Shown: positions 25,036 to 37,543 of the stretch, piece by piece
Layout of the letters: each line of letters opens with the position of its first letter
How positions within the stretch are numbered: position 1 is the stretch's first letter
NCBI GenBank assembly: GCA_001599295.1
Contig: BCGN01000012.1
Location: 186,001-250,000 of the forward strand
Length of the DNA stretch: 64,000 nt
Reading direction: 5' to 3'
DNA from: Sporopachydermia quercuum
Lineage: Eukaryota
Made by a program: the position numbers and the translations under genes
Notes under the pieces: model-generated
Told to the model about the DNA's origin: nothing
Database searches by the model: none
What the model saw: the letters and a program-made list of their open reading frames with translations, nothing else

Positions 25036-25977
25036 TCATAGCTTTCTCTTCCTTGAAGATAACTCTTTTGACTCCTCATTAACAATTGAATCCTTAATAT
25101 TAATCTCCTGCTCGTTCAAATTACTGGTGATATTATTACTATCAGAGTTGCTGACCCCAGTTTGACCCTCATCATTCTTGTTCCTTTCAAGCTGTGTTTC
25201 CTTCTTCTTGTCATCTTTATTCATCACTAATTCTAGCATTGCTGCTATATCCAAAGAGTTGTCCTGTTTACTATCTAGCGATGACAATCGAGATAAGACA
25301 TCTTGTAACATTTGTATCGTTGGCAGCAACTTATTTCTCTCCCAGTTATCAAAATACTCTACTAAATCACTGGTATCTTTGATAATTTTCTCATTCGTAA
25401 CTTCGGTGTTATTATCTCTACTATTAAGAACCAGTAGTTCATTTCTACTATTGACACCCGGTAACACATCTCTTCCAATACATGAAGAGATCATTAATTC
25501 TTTCTCATAAGCAAATATCTTACCTCGTATCAAACCCAGAGAAAAACAGTCCACTATTACTTCTTCTATAAGTTTGTCGTTGGATTCTATTCCAAGTTCT
25601 ATGCTGATCTCTTCATATGACACTTTATCCTTGTTTCCTCTATTGCTGCACAGGCTCACCAGACTTAATTCCATGAGCTTATCTTTCATAGGTTTTGTTA
25701 ACGATGGCAGTAAGCCATTAGAATAACTTGCTAGATCACGAATAGTGCCATAAGAGAAAAATTCCAGTAGGATAATAGCCTTGATGCCTTCGTCTGCTAA
25801 GCCTAGATGTTTATGGGAAGAAAGATACTCTCTCAGATGCTGATTCCAATACAGTTCCCCAAATCCAAATATCCGGGAAGATGAAAGTACCTTCATTATG
25901 AGTTCATGTACACCTGAAGGCGAGTTGACAGCTGTTGGTAACGTGAGCAGAAACGACTCCATGATGGTATGGTGCAT
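25036..25977 (-). CDS. CSN9: COP9 signalosome subunit 7-type PCI protein (positional equivalent of CSN9)
   Basis: CSN7-like motifs FGFGEL, LLEFFSYGT, LPSLT..KDKL..LSLVSL, GLIRGKI and CIGRDV. Next gene after SDH4. Confidence 0.75.
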   Translation of the reverse strand: MHHTIMESFLLTLPTAVNSPSGVHELIMKVLSSSRIFGFGELYWNQHLREYLSSHKHLGLADEGIKAIILLEFFSYGTIRDLASYSNGLLPSLTKPMKDKLMELSLVSLCSNRGNKDKVSYEEISIELGIESNDKLIEEVIVDCFSLGLIRGKIFAYEKELMISSCIGRDVLPGVNSRNELLVLNSRDNNTEVTNEKIIKDTSDLVEYFDNWERNKLLPTIQMLQDVLSRLSSLDSKQDNSLDIAAMLELVMNKDDKKKETQLERNKNDEGQTGVSNSDSNNITSNLNEQEINIKDSIVNEESKELSSRKRKL

Positions 25978-26652
25978 ATGACAATGATAATAGTATCTGA
26001 TTAAGATGCAGTTCGGAGGTAGAAAGTGCTGCTATGATTTTGTCAATAATACCGGTATAGAGATAATCAAAGGCTGCTTCACACTGGCAAAAGCGTCGGT
26101 TGTAGCACCATCTAACTAAAGAACTAATGATTGAGTAAAAAGACTAGTTTTTCACACTTATTGTATCAATGATTGCAGATCATAGGCAAGAAAAACTGTT
26201 GGTGAGAGCACAGACAAACTCCATGATGAGCCTTAGCATTGAGATATCTGATATGAGACAGCAAGAGCCAGTGATAGGAGGAGACGTGATGCTCCGAGAA
26301 AATTTTTGAAGATTGTGATTATATAATCTATTAAACAGATATTCATCAGATTATATAATCAGTAAAGAATACTCTAGAGATTGATTTTCAGTGGCGCAGC
26401 AGGGTGCCACACATCCCATAAAGAAAATGTGTAGTCCATTATCAGAATTGTCCCATTGAACTTCGCCACAAAGAACATTTTGGCATTTCGCTAAGCTTTC
26501 CACATCGTTTCTTACTCATAATGAAAGAATTATCTGACAATTCTATCATCAAATCAACAAAATCATACATTCTCTCATTATTACTGAGTATTGAAATAAC
26601 TTTCAGAATTGTTATTATCCCTTTTCAGATCATTTAATCTTACTTTTTCACA

Positions 26653-27507
26653 ATGGATAAACTACTTCATTGGTCTCTTCAAGCTCAAGAAGGGCAGACA
26701 ACAGAAGGACCCGATCCTCAACTGCTGTCCCAGTTATTTGGTGGAGCTGATGAGCCAACATTAATGAAACAAGCTCTTGCTGTTATTATAGATAAATCTC
26801 AACCTTTAGAAGAAAGAGAGACTGCTCTTGATAACATGGAAATGCTCATTGAGAACCTTGATAACGCCAATAATCTAGAAAACATGAATATGTGGGCACC
26901 ATTAATACAACAACTGGATGATGAGAACAATTCAATCAAATCCTTAACCTGCTGGGTTATTGGAACTGCTGTTCAGAACAATCCAACTTCCCAACAAAAC
27001 TATATCAAATATGATAATAGTGTTACTAAGCTAATCAACTTGATAAAAGACTCAAATACTGAAGAAAGTAGTGAAGTGAGAATGAAAGCTATATATGCTT
27101 TAAGTTCACTGGTGAGGAACTGCCCTAGCGCTTATAAATTATTTGAGCAACATGGCGGCTGGGTTCTTATTAGTTCCTTATTAGAGCAAGATTTAAAACC
27201 AAAGCTTTTATTGAGAGTCCTAACGTTATACTCTGCATTATTGACTAATAAGGGATCAAGTGATAAGAAGCTAGAAGCTCATATAAGAGAGAATGATTTA
27301 GTATGGAAGATTCTCCCACATTTAAGCAATGAGGCTGATGCATCGTTATTGGATCGTGTGATCAATGTATTGGTCACTCTTGGTCAAAGTGAGTTTGAAT
27401 TTATGGATAACGAAGTAAGTAGGTTGAAAGCCAGTATTCAGCAGTTGAAGAGTGATAATATTGATATTGAAGAGTTGGATGTTTTGAAGGAGTTGATGGG
27501 CCAATAA
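26653..27507 (+). CDS. FES1: Hsp70 nucleotide exchange factor
   Basis: MDKLLHWS, PDPQLLSQLFGG, MLIENLDNANNLEN and GTAVQNNP, followed by armadillo-like repeats. Confidence 0.93.
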   Translation: MDKLLHWSLQAQEGQTTEGPDPQLLSQLFGGADEPTLMKQALAVIIDKSQPLEERETALDNMEMLIENLDNANNLENMNMWAPLIQQLDDENNSIKSLTCWVIGTAVQNNPTSQQNYIKYDNSVTKLINLIKDSNTEESSEVRMKAIYALSSLVRNCPSAYKLFEQHGGWVLISSLLEQDLKPKLLLRVLTLYSALLTNKGSSDKKLEAHIRENDLVWKILPHLSNEADASLLDRVINVLVTLGQSEFEFMDNEVSRLKASIQQLKSDNIDIEELDVLKELMGQ

Positions 27508-27593
27508 ATAGGGAGTAGAAGAGAGAAGAGAATGTGATTATTAGTTATAATAGTTGATATTAGAATAAATGGTGGCAATGATGATGTGTTCTA

Positions 27594-27633
<40 letters not shown>
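27594..27633. repeat. (TAG)13 microsatellite between convergent FES1 and MMS4
   Basis: Perfect trinucleotide run read directly from the sequence. Confidence 0.95.
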
Positions 27634-27895
27634 TTGTTTATATTTGCTTGTTTGCTTACTGTATGAATACCACTGTTCGTTCTAATGCTCCTTTGAAACA
27701 GTTCATAATGAGTCAACACAACCACGTTTACGTTTATGTTTGTTTTACTACATTGTTAGTAGTATATCTTTAGCTTCCTGGAATTATCAGCCATCATTTC
27801 CTTTAGTATAACATTTCTCCTAATATTCCTTATATCCAGCCAATAATCCTATCAATAAGTTTTCATGATTTCAAGCGATTTCACCCTCTTGATAT

Positions 27896-29969
27896 CTATA
27901 TCATCTGATTGGGATCATTAGATGTAAACACTCTATAAATAGTGTTGGCTAACGTATCACTCATTCCCCTCATTGATTTTCCCACTTTCATGCCCTCAAA
28001 CAGCAATTTTCCGTCTCCTGACCTTTCACATTGCCCATAAAACTGCTGTAACGTTGAGAACCTCTCGACTATGGTTTCCCCGATGTTTGGTGTGACCATT
28101 CTGATTTGTTCCATCATCAATTTCATAGTTTCTTTGCCATTTCTTCCTGATTTTATTACTCCTACATTTGCAAATTCACCGTTTGATCTTGCTGCTGCTT
28201 TATATGGGATAGTTGATAGGGCTTTCATTAGAGATTCCAGCCATTCGATTGTATCGCTTGAAGAAGATGTGAATACTGTTCGTATTTTGTTGTTGATTTC
28301 AAGCTTAACAATTGATTCTTCCAGCTGATCCTTGGAAAACATGTTTAATGTGTTGATAGTAGTCGAAGAAGTCGACTCGGAATTAGAAGTAGAGGAAATC
28401 GTTGATTTGGGTTTCTTTTTAGTAGATTCTCCCATTAGTTCTCTTACTTTATTGTTATAATCTCTGTTGGTGTTATTTGATAGCTTTGTAAGTAAACTGT
28501 TGTATCCTTCTATTATTAGTATAGGAGATTTCGCAGTAGAAGTAGTATGAGCAGGATCATTTTGGATACTAGTGGGAATACTAGTAGAAATACCATAGAA
28601 GTACATAATATTATTGACCTCCTGGTCAAGAGAGCTTTCAGTTAGTAGTTTCAATAGATTCTTTGCTTGGATGACTAGAAATATGAATTTGCTTTCAACA
28701 TAATGACATTCGTTTGATTCTAACGGCAACAATACATCTTCTTCAGTAGAATAATAGCAATCCTTATACTGTTTGAACGCTAGAATACTCAAGCCATAAG
28801 GATTAGCAGTAGTGTTACTAGTATTCCTTTGTTTTAAAAGCTCAAATTTGGCCTTGGATAACCTTTGAATTAATAATTCACCTGCTGGTTGTTTAGTAAA
28901 CTCATCATTATAATAAACCAGCAATTCCTCTGTCACATCATTCGCCTTTATTCGTTTATTGATATTAACAATCTTCTGTTTATGCATTTTTATCGACTCA
29001 TTGTTCTCTCGAACAATTCTACTTCTCTTCTTACGAGTTGAGCCGTTCATATCAACAGTTGTTTCTGCTGTTGGTTCAGATTTCGATCTTTTAGCTTGTC
29101 TGGCTGTGGCTGATTTTGAAGATTTCATTTTGATGGGAGGAGCTATATCCTTTTCATTCTTGGCCACCTCGGGAAAAGCATTATTCCTAGTTATAGAAGC
29201 CTTTGGTGGCTTGATTCCTTTCAGTAAATCTTCTAAAGTGTCATCGCCAAAAGTATCATCTGACAAATCTGTAGCATTTGCTTCGTCGTTAGCCACGGTT
29301 GTATTTAGAGCTTTACCCTCAGCAGAAGCAGAGAAGTTAGTTGTAACGGGAAAAGAATTCTGGTTCAGGAAATCAAACTTAGGTTCCGCTTGAAATTCAT
29401 GCCCGATTTTATCTTGGGCCCCAGTTTCAGTTGCGCGAGCCTCATGCGTATGAAAACTCGGCAATGAGCTCGATATCATTATATCATTTTCTCCATCACT
29501 GGTTAGTACATCTAAGATCTCCATACATCTTGACGATCTATTCTCATCCGTTTCTCGCTTTTCACTCAAATCTTTCAACCCTTCATCGAAGAGCGCATTG
29601 TCACTGTTTAAAACATAATCAGACGACAATGTAACATTCCTTTCTTTCTTATAGCTTTGTTGTGGGTACGGCGTATCATCTACAGACGTTCCATCCAATT
29701 CCAATGAAGGCTCAAGCTGTATGGAGGAACTTTCACTTGCAAGAACTGGACTGGAGATCAATTCCAAATCAATTACTTCAACTGATTTATTGGCTTTTTC
29801 TCTAGTTGTCTAGTTAGTTATTTATCAATGCGTGAAAAGGAGGAATAGTAGCGGTAAGTTGATGTTAGAATACATACATAGACACTAAGGGGATACGCTT
29901 GGGAAGATTAGTTTTCTCATTGTCCGAGATGTCTGAAAGATCAAGCACAATTATATCTGAACTTCCCAT
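27896..29969 (-). CDS. MMS4: Mus81 partner Mms4/Eme1; exons 29969-29878 and 29801-27896
   Basis: Disordered acidic N-terminus, an ERCC4-like region (ILIIEGY, QLEESIVKLEI) and a C-terminal HhH-like segment (IYRVFTSNDP). A 76-nt GTATGT..ACTAAC..TAG intron restores an ATG in frame. Close to FES1 and VPS15, as in S. cerevisiae. Confidence 0.8.
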
Positions 29970-30400
29970 AGTTATAAGTATAAAAAAAAAGTGTTTTACT
30001 ATATGTTCGAAGGTAAATACGGTAGAATTAATGAATGCTACTGTTTGATGGATGGGAAGAACAAAAAGAAACGAGATCGAAATTTACATTTGTATGGGGA
30101 TTAGAGTTTGGAAATAGATGCATAATTGTGCATAATGGAAAGCGATTATCTGATTGTGTGGTTGGATAAATCTAACAGAAAGAGTAGCAATAAGTACTGC
30201 GGATTCGATAGGTTCCAGTTAATAATTTTCTAAGAAAGCAATAGTGGAATAAAAATACTTTAAATTAAGGACTGATCCCGCAATTAGTTCAGATAATTCG
30301 TAATTGGAGTCCATACAAAGTAGAAAGAACCAGAAATCAACTTCTGAGATACCATGCACAGTACATGCACAGTATAAACATAATTTCAATTTATACAAAC

Positions 30401-30430
30401 TCACGTGACGTTTGCATAGTTATCACGTGA
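30401..30430. promoter_or_regulatory. Paired TCACGTGA (Cbf1/Tye7-type) sites upstream of MMS4
   Basis: TCACGTGAC at 30401 and TCACGTGAT at 30423, 22 bp apart. Confidence 0.5.
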
Positions 30431-30833
30431 TGAGTATAGATTTACTTCCTTCTCTCATTTCCAGCAATTATTTTGAATTAAAAGCTTTCAATCAACGTCG
30501 GTTCTGCATAATCATCTCATTTCTGATAAATGATTCTTTGCTAATGATCAACAGAATGTCCAAATTGAATAAAACAACAACGATCTCCATATGTGCCTAT
30601 TCCATTGCCTACATCATGTTACACCGTAGGCATACTTGAATTAATACTCAGTATCATATGAGAGAAAGATCCGTTTATAAATTACTATTTAATTCACTGT
30701 TCTTTCAAATGTAAGCCAATACATAAATTGCTTCATTGAAGCTTTCTCATGATTACTTCTTTCCTATTTCAATACCTAACATAATTTCCCATAACTCTGT
30801 AAACAGCGATTATCATGAAACTCCAAATTCTCT

Positions 30834-33800
30834 TTATGCTGGCTTATTGGCAGGATTCCAATAGGCATTATGCAGTTTTATAACTGCATCCTTATAATTC
30901 TTATTAATATTCATCCGCGATGCTTCATCGCCAGTGGTAGCCATCTCACTAAATATAAGCCTAACTATCACCTTCACCTCGTCATAAGAATATTTGCTTC
31001 CCAAACCTTCATTTTTTATTTGGTTGATAATATCCATATAGTTGAGCTTCAACATTTCGAAATATGTTATGCATTGATTGAATGAGACGTCAGTTGGAGT
31101 ATCAGAGATAATCTTCAACATCTGCTTTATGATTAGAATATTAGAGTAAAGCTTTTTGATACCAATTGAGTTAATCCGCTTGATATTATCTGCCGCTGTT
31201 ATCAACACTCTGTCGATAGTAGTACCTAATCCAGTGACTATAGCATTACGACTCTGTCCTCCTAAGAACTCATTCAGTTTTTCATCACATTTCATAATAT
31301 CCTGGTCTAATTCAAGGATATTGTTGTCCTTGTCAATGATCTCCGACAGAGGACAGAACTGATCTTCCGCCATTGATCTGCTTACATGATAAATAACTCT
31401 ATCTGCAAGATCATATCTCAGCAATAGCATACCTTTCTGAATAATTGTTTGGAGTCTGAATAACTGGCTATCAAATCTCTCACCAGCTTCTGGCGAAAGC
31501 ATCAGTTTAATCAAAGAAGGATGATCAGTTTTACTCTGCCGGCTCATTTCTAAAAGACTCCATTTCTTCTTGAGATCACCCAAACTGATCTCTCCAATAA
31601 CTCCACCAGTTCTCTCGCTTGTCACTGGTGAAATTTGCTTCATATTAGATAATCGAAGGAATAGCCATGAAAGACTTGAAAGGTACTTGCAAATATGCTC
31701 ATATGCGACTTTTTCTAGTAGATCCTGATGTTGGATACCTGTTTCGCTATTAGCGTTGCAGATCCCATGAGCCAGTAAGAAATCAGCTTCACTGTTGAGC
31801 AGTTTGATCATTTGAGTCTCTGATTCAACTCCTGCCATGAGCTGCAGCGAAATATTGATTAGTTCTTTATTACCACACCACCTTGCAAGCACATGATACT
31901 TTTCACCCCGTGCAGTGTTGTTGGTCCCATTGCCATTACCGTTGTCATTATTGCTGTTACCATTGATACTACTAGTACCTTCCATGACTTTTCCAACAGG
32001 AAAGCCTACGATTTGATCAAGCATGACTTCATGGCGATCGATCATTCTCCTGACTAAATCAATCAAAACCTCAGTGTATGCTTCACGATATTGAAATCCT
32101 GTATTTAACACTCTGCAGACTCTCGGGAAAAACTGAGCAAATGCTGCAACTGACTTCAGCAGGGATTTGCCCGATTCCAAATCATCTGAGTAGCTGTTAG
32201 AGCTGGAGCCGGAGACAGAGCTGGCATTGCTATAACCATTAGAGGTAGAGTTACTGCTAGTGCCATTGCTATAATAATCTTCTTTATCAAGAGTTTGTTT
32301 CAAAGCAGCAATGAGGAACTGTTTCATCTCGTTGAAAAACACGTTAGACATGAAGCTGTGATAGAAATCCAATGGTGCATTTCTCTGACTAGCAAAAGCA
32401 TCAGGAAAAGTCATTTGGGACCCTTTGATGAACATAATAAACATTTCAAACACAGCTCGCATGTTAAATACGTGCGGTTTAACTAAAGCTTGATGTTTTT
32501 CTCTTGGTTCCTCAACAGAAATGTATGGTGATGATGGTTTATTAGCCGATTTAGTAACATGTGAGAACCCAGGGAATGTTCCCTGTAATAAGGACTCGAT
32601 TTCTCCCACATGGTTTTTGATTTTGGCATTTGGATTGTTGAAATCAACATACGATATTTGATATAATGTATCTGAAGCCTGGGTTGAAGAAGAGGCAGAG
32701 GTTCCAGTACTGGAAGGCTGCCGGTTGATTCCGGAAGATATATTCGATCCAAAACCAAAGCTGGAAGCTATACCAGTCGAATGGCGGAGACCAGATCCAG
32801 AACCGGATATAGTGTTGTTGCTATAGTTTCCGAAATTATCCAAATTGTCTCCGAAATTGCCCGTCTCCTTCTGAGGTGTAATTATATAAGTAGCTAATAA
32901 ATCACGAACTTCATTCTCAACAGTTGCCCATACAACAAAAAAATTATAGGTGTTTTTACTTTCAGTCTCAGCACCAGCTTTACTATCGCCAGTACGTTGT
33001 CTACCTTGGTTCACAATTCTAGCACTGAGCTCATAAATTATCTTATTATACTCCAACAAAGCAACCAAACGGGCAAAAGTTGACCTGAAAAGCTTCTGAA
33101 GCACAGTTATTCTCAAGTCCCCGATTTCTGGGCCAAAATCAACTACACCATCGTCCGAAAGTGACGATAGCTCGTGCATGAGCCTTGGATACGACTGTTT
33201 CACTTCCGATTCCGTTAACAGCACCATACGGTGAACTTCCGTGGGTAGACGTTCTAGAATGATCTCAAAGGCTTCTCTGAGCCTATGGAGATCAGACATT
33301 GTATTTAAAGTATTCATTATATGCAAGACAGCCGAAATAGAAGAATTAGTTTGCTGATGGAAGTCTGACAATTCCGACAACCTGGCAACAATTTCATTAC
33401 TGCCAGTATTGTCTCCGTTTTTGTTATTATTGGCTCTAATATCTCTTCCTGTTGGCGCTATCTCCATGACTAAAGCACTATCGCTACCATCCGTAGTATC
33501 ATCAACTTCATCTTCTGCTTTCTTGTCCAGTCGGGATAAAAACTCATCCAGAATATGCATAGATGTCAGCCATATTTCTGCATATTCGCTATTAATTACT
33601 TGTTCAATATTGTCTTCTAGGTTTGCAGATGTGTAAGAGTTCTCCAGTTTTAAGCCTGATACGCTTGAATTGCCTTTTCCTTGTAGCATCTCATTCAAAG
33701 GGTATCCTGATTTGAAATAGAGTCTGTTGTGTAGATCTTCTATTAAGGATTCAAATAAAACATTCTGCTGAGTAAGAAAATAACGCTGTAGACCATTCAG

Positions 33801-34523
33801 TACACTGATATTCCATAGATTGTAATCTTGAGCCAATTTTTCAGACTCTTGCAGCAATTGCTGGGCTTTAGAGAAATTCTTGCTTGAGATTAACCCGTCA
33901 AGTTCATTCGGCACTTGGTTCAGCTTATTGATAGCATCAAGGGTTTCCAGTACATCATTATACCACATAGAGTCTTTCTGCATCTTCCGCAATATATCTT
34001 TTTTCTGGAATAAAGCATTTCGTGAGTTGTCAAGTTGAGATTGAACGTCGCTTAGTATTGATTCTGACTCTGCAATGGATTGTACAACTGAACCATAAGC
34101 TCCTACACTGCTATTGAATCCCTGGTACTGGGCATTGACTGCTTCCTGTAATGCCTTAGCTAGCTGGTCCTTGGACTCTAGAAATTCAGGAAGCCTTTTC
34201 GCAAGACCAACAGAAGATGTATCAAGAAAGGAAAAAGCCATCGAAAGCGGATTTGCATCATCGTCAGCGAAATCCGACCACTGATTTTCCAGTTTGGTTT
34301 GCAGTACTGTTCGTTAGTATCGTGAGAGAAGTAAGCGAATATTAAAATTGACTGCAGAAAAGATTTAAAGCGGCATTATGAAATAAATAACAGAATACTT
34401 ACGTTTCAGCTTATTTATACTGAGAATCTCAAGCTGTTCTTCTTCAAAAGTTCTGTTTGTTACTGATAATGTTCGCCTTCTGCCTTTGCGTTGAGGCTCA
34501 GGGACAGAAAGTAAGTTGGGCAT
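30834..34523 (-). CDS. SEC8: Exocyst subunit Sec8; exons 34523-34403 and 34306-30834
   Basis: Spliced N-terminus MPNLLSVPEPQRKGRRRTLSV...QWSDFADDDANPLSMAFSFLDTSSVGL, followed by YQGFNSSVGAY. The 96-nt intron runs GTAAGT..TACTAAC-GAACAG. Confidence 0.9.
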
Positions 34524-35445
34524 TTCGGAAGATTACAGTAATAGGATACTCACAATAACGGATGTAAGGGTGAATTCAGATACGCTTGTATAATATTAGG
34601 ATTAGGATCAATAAATTAGGTTCCTTCTATAAGAAAGTTCGGAAAGAACTGAATGATTTTATACTGCTGTCTATCGGATCCGTTAACGGGGCAATTGGCA
34701 ACAAGGCACGGAAGTGGAAATGGTGATGAGAAGCGGAGAGGATATTAATAGGGTGAGACATTATGTGTATTCCCTCCGAAATATTTCGGAAAATGTGATA
34801 TAATCACGTGACTGATATCTTATATAGCTATCTGCTTTATTAAAAGAAATAGACATATGATATTATTATCATAATAATAGTTAAATCTGTTGGATTAAAC
34901 TGGCAAATTATTATTGGGATAAGTGAATTACATTTGGGACTCCGGAATGGTAAGCTCGAGGGTTTAATACCTGCTGGGAAACGCTATCACCAGTGGAGGC
35001 ATCTAGGTAGGTCAACAGGTAAAGGAAATATCCATTGTCGATGACCCAGTGGTACCTTATTGAAACAAATGACCAAAAAATGAATACTATTTTTGATTGA
35101 ATAGTTAACTCTTAGCGGAAACAGAGACCACCCACTACCTTGGATAATAGATGACCTGATGACCTATTGTATTTCAGATAATTCATGATGTAACAATAAC
35201 CATGTATCATATATCAGCAAATGATCAAAACGGTGATCATATCAATTGATTTCCTTCCTACATTAGTACTATTTCCCTCTTACAAAAGCCTTGTATGTTG
35301 TCACATTATGTAGTTATTAATGTAATCAACAGAAATAGATATAAACCCGTACAATACAATCAGTAACTAAAACCAAAACACCAATAAATCCTAATATAAA
35401 CCGACTTAGCCTCTTCAAATACTCTAAGATTTCCCACACTCTCCT

Positions 35446-36450
35446 TTAATTAGTGCTACCTCTTGATCTTTGCCTTTCTATCAGATCGGCACTATCATCG
35501 TAATATGGTGTACTTTCTCTCATCAGCAAGAACCTATTCACTCTGGCTTCTTGACTCTTATCAAAGCCATAGTTAACATATGCTTGAAATAAATCCATCA
35601 CAGATTTCTCGTGAATAGCTTTCCTTTTCTCTCTTATCAAATCTGCTTTCCTATTCATGAAAATTAATTGGCCGTAAGCTACTATAGCTGATACCATTAA
35701 CAGCACCATTAGTATTTTCATTTTATTATCAACAAATTCACTGGAATCGACGCCATTACTTGCTCTTTTCAAATCCTGATAGTCCTCCCAGTTAGATGCT
35801 CTATAGTATTGCTGATTGGAAAAATCATAAAAATAGCCATTGCTATTAGGAGAAAATCCTTTATGATGCTGGGCCGGCGCAGGATTGTATGCGTAGTTCC
35901 AACCTATCCCGAAATTGTCATACAAACTACGTTTCTTTTCATCTCGCAGTATTTGATACGCATTTGTTACTTTCTTAAACCTTTCTTCGCGCGATTTAGC
36001 TGACAACGAGGAAATTGAATGTGGTATGGTTGAATTAGTAGCGTTTGACGCAGCGTTACCGTGACGGTGATCCACTGGTTGATGATGGATAATGGAATGC
36101 AAGTGATTTGAATCCGGATGATACAGACGAGCAAGCTTTATATACTTTTTCTTAAGTGTTTTAGAGTCAAATGATTCTTTTGACAAACCAAAGATTTCGT
36201 ATGGGTTTGGATGTGGTTTCTGAGGCCACTGGGGAACATCTGAGAAGTTGGAGAAGTTGTGACGGTAAGCACGCTGGTTGCTTACATTTGCGTTAAGATG
36301 TTCGTTTGAAGGCGTTTCTGAAGAGGAGCTGTTGATGTGGAGGCATCGTGTGAATGAAATAGGGGTTTTGATTGTTGCTTCGCAGGAAGATCTGATAATG
36401 AACCTAATGCTTCTACCAATGGTACGTTTAAAAAGACAAGTAGCAGCCAT
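35446..36450 (-). CDS. JID1: Mitochondrial J-domain protein
   Basis: WP..HPNPYEIFGL, ARLYHPD, RFKKVTNAYQIL..R..YD and a C-terminal TM segment. First ATG is at 36450. Near ARO7, YMC and SEC8, as in S. cerevisiae. Confidence 0.78.
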   Translation of the reverse strand: MAATCLFKRTIGRSIRFIIRSSCEATIKTPISFTRCLHINSSSSETPSNEHLNANVSNQRAYRHNFSNFSDVPQWPQKPHPNPYEIFGLSKESFDSKTLKKKYIKLARLYHPDSNHLHSIIHHQPVDHRHGNAASNATNSTIPHSISSLSAKSREERFKKVTNAYQILRDEKKRSLYDNFGIGWNYAYNPAPAQHHKGFSPNSNGYFYDFSNQQYYRASNWEDYQDLKRASNGVDSSEFVDNKMKILMVLLMVSAIVAYGQLIFMNRKADLIREKRKAIHEKSVMDLFQAYVNYGFDKSQEARVNRFLLMRESTPYYDDSADLIERQRSRGSTN

Positions 36451-37526
36451 CAGGAGAAGGGGACTGCTAGAGTTATAGTGACTAAAGCTGAGTATCTGAA
36501 TAGCCCTACTGTGAAGGTGACCCAATAGTCAGGAACTGACCTTTGTAGTATAAAATAAGGGATACGATGTGTCTAGTGTAAGTAATCGTATGTGATAGGG
36601 AGATGACATCAGTGACATCCAAATCACTACGCACTCTGCACACGCAACTAGCAATTCTAACTAAGCTTTATGCCTCAATATTGATATGAGAACGTTTTTT
36701 TATAAACCTAATCAGTAGAACAAGAGCTCTAAATCAGAATAATCGTTCAAAAGACCTTGTTGTTTGTTGAGAAACATACCACAACCTGCATAAAGTACGG
36801 GGGAAATTTTATAATATCAGGACCAAGCCACCAGGAGTACGTTTATGGATGATGAATAAGCCACAGTACATTAGAGTGTTTTTGGAGGAGTGGACTTAAA
36901 CGTCAGCCAATGTAGGGGATAGTCAGTAGTTTTGAATCAACAAAACAGCTGGATATAATTTGGGAGAATAGCAATAATAGCAATAATGTATAGCGTTTTA
37001 ATAGTTCATTGAATTCATTATTAACAAATCACATTGTAGCAGGGAGTAATGAGGGAACGAGAACAGGTCTGAAGACAAGTGAGACAATAAATAAAGTTCG
37101 TATGGTGAGAAATGAACACTGATTTGGGTAATAAATCCAGAGTTATGGCGCAGCAAAAAGATTAATTAAGGAAAAGAGCAAATTTCGTGTGGCAGTCAGA
37201 AAAGGGGTTAACTAAAAAAGTTACCCTCTTAAAAATAACTGTTTCTCTAATCATGTGCGGTTTAAAGGTAACTGATGTATTAGGAAGTTAAAGCCACTAG
37301 ACGCTCAAGAGGGATATTTTCAGTTATGATAAGGAATCCTCTGAGTTGAAAATCCTGATCGTTGAGCAGTAAGAATATCTGATGAATTCGAACAAAAAAT
37401 GAAAATTGAAAACTGGAACTTGCAAAAATAATTACATTTATACACATTTATACTGAATAATTTTTGGAATGTAATAAATCATTGCCCATTGCTCATTTCA
37501 ATAGGTCATGTCTTGTCTGTGGCTCA

Positions 37527-37543
37527 CACAAAAGTGACAGAGA
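37527..37543. promoter_or_regulatory. Candidate middle sporulation element upstream of SMK1
   Basis: CACAAAA (Ndt80 core CRCAAAW) overlaps AAAGTGACAGA, whose reverse complement TCTGTCACTTT fits the Sum1 consensus DSYGWCAYWDW. Confidence 0.5.

Noticed and set aside
34803..34950. Point-centromere-like layout: ATCACGTG, an AT-rich stretch, then TCCGGAA
   Set aside because: The spacer is not AT-rich enough for CDEII, the CDEIII match is poor, and an intron-rich yeast is unlikely to have Saccharomycetaceae point centromeres. A Cbf1-type promoter site is simpler.
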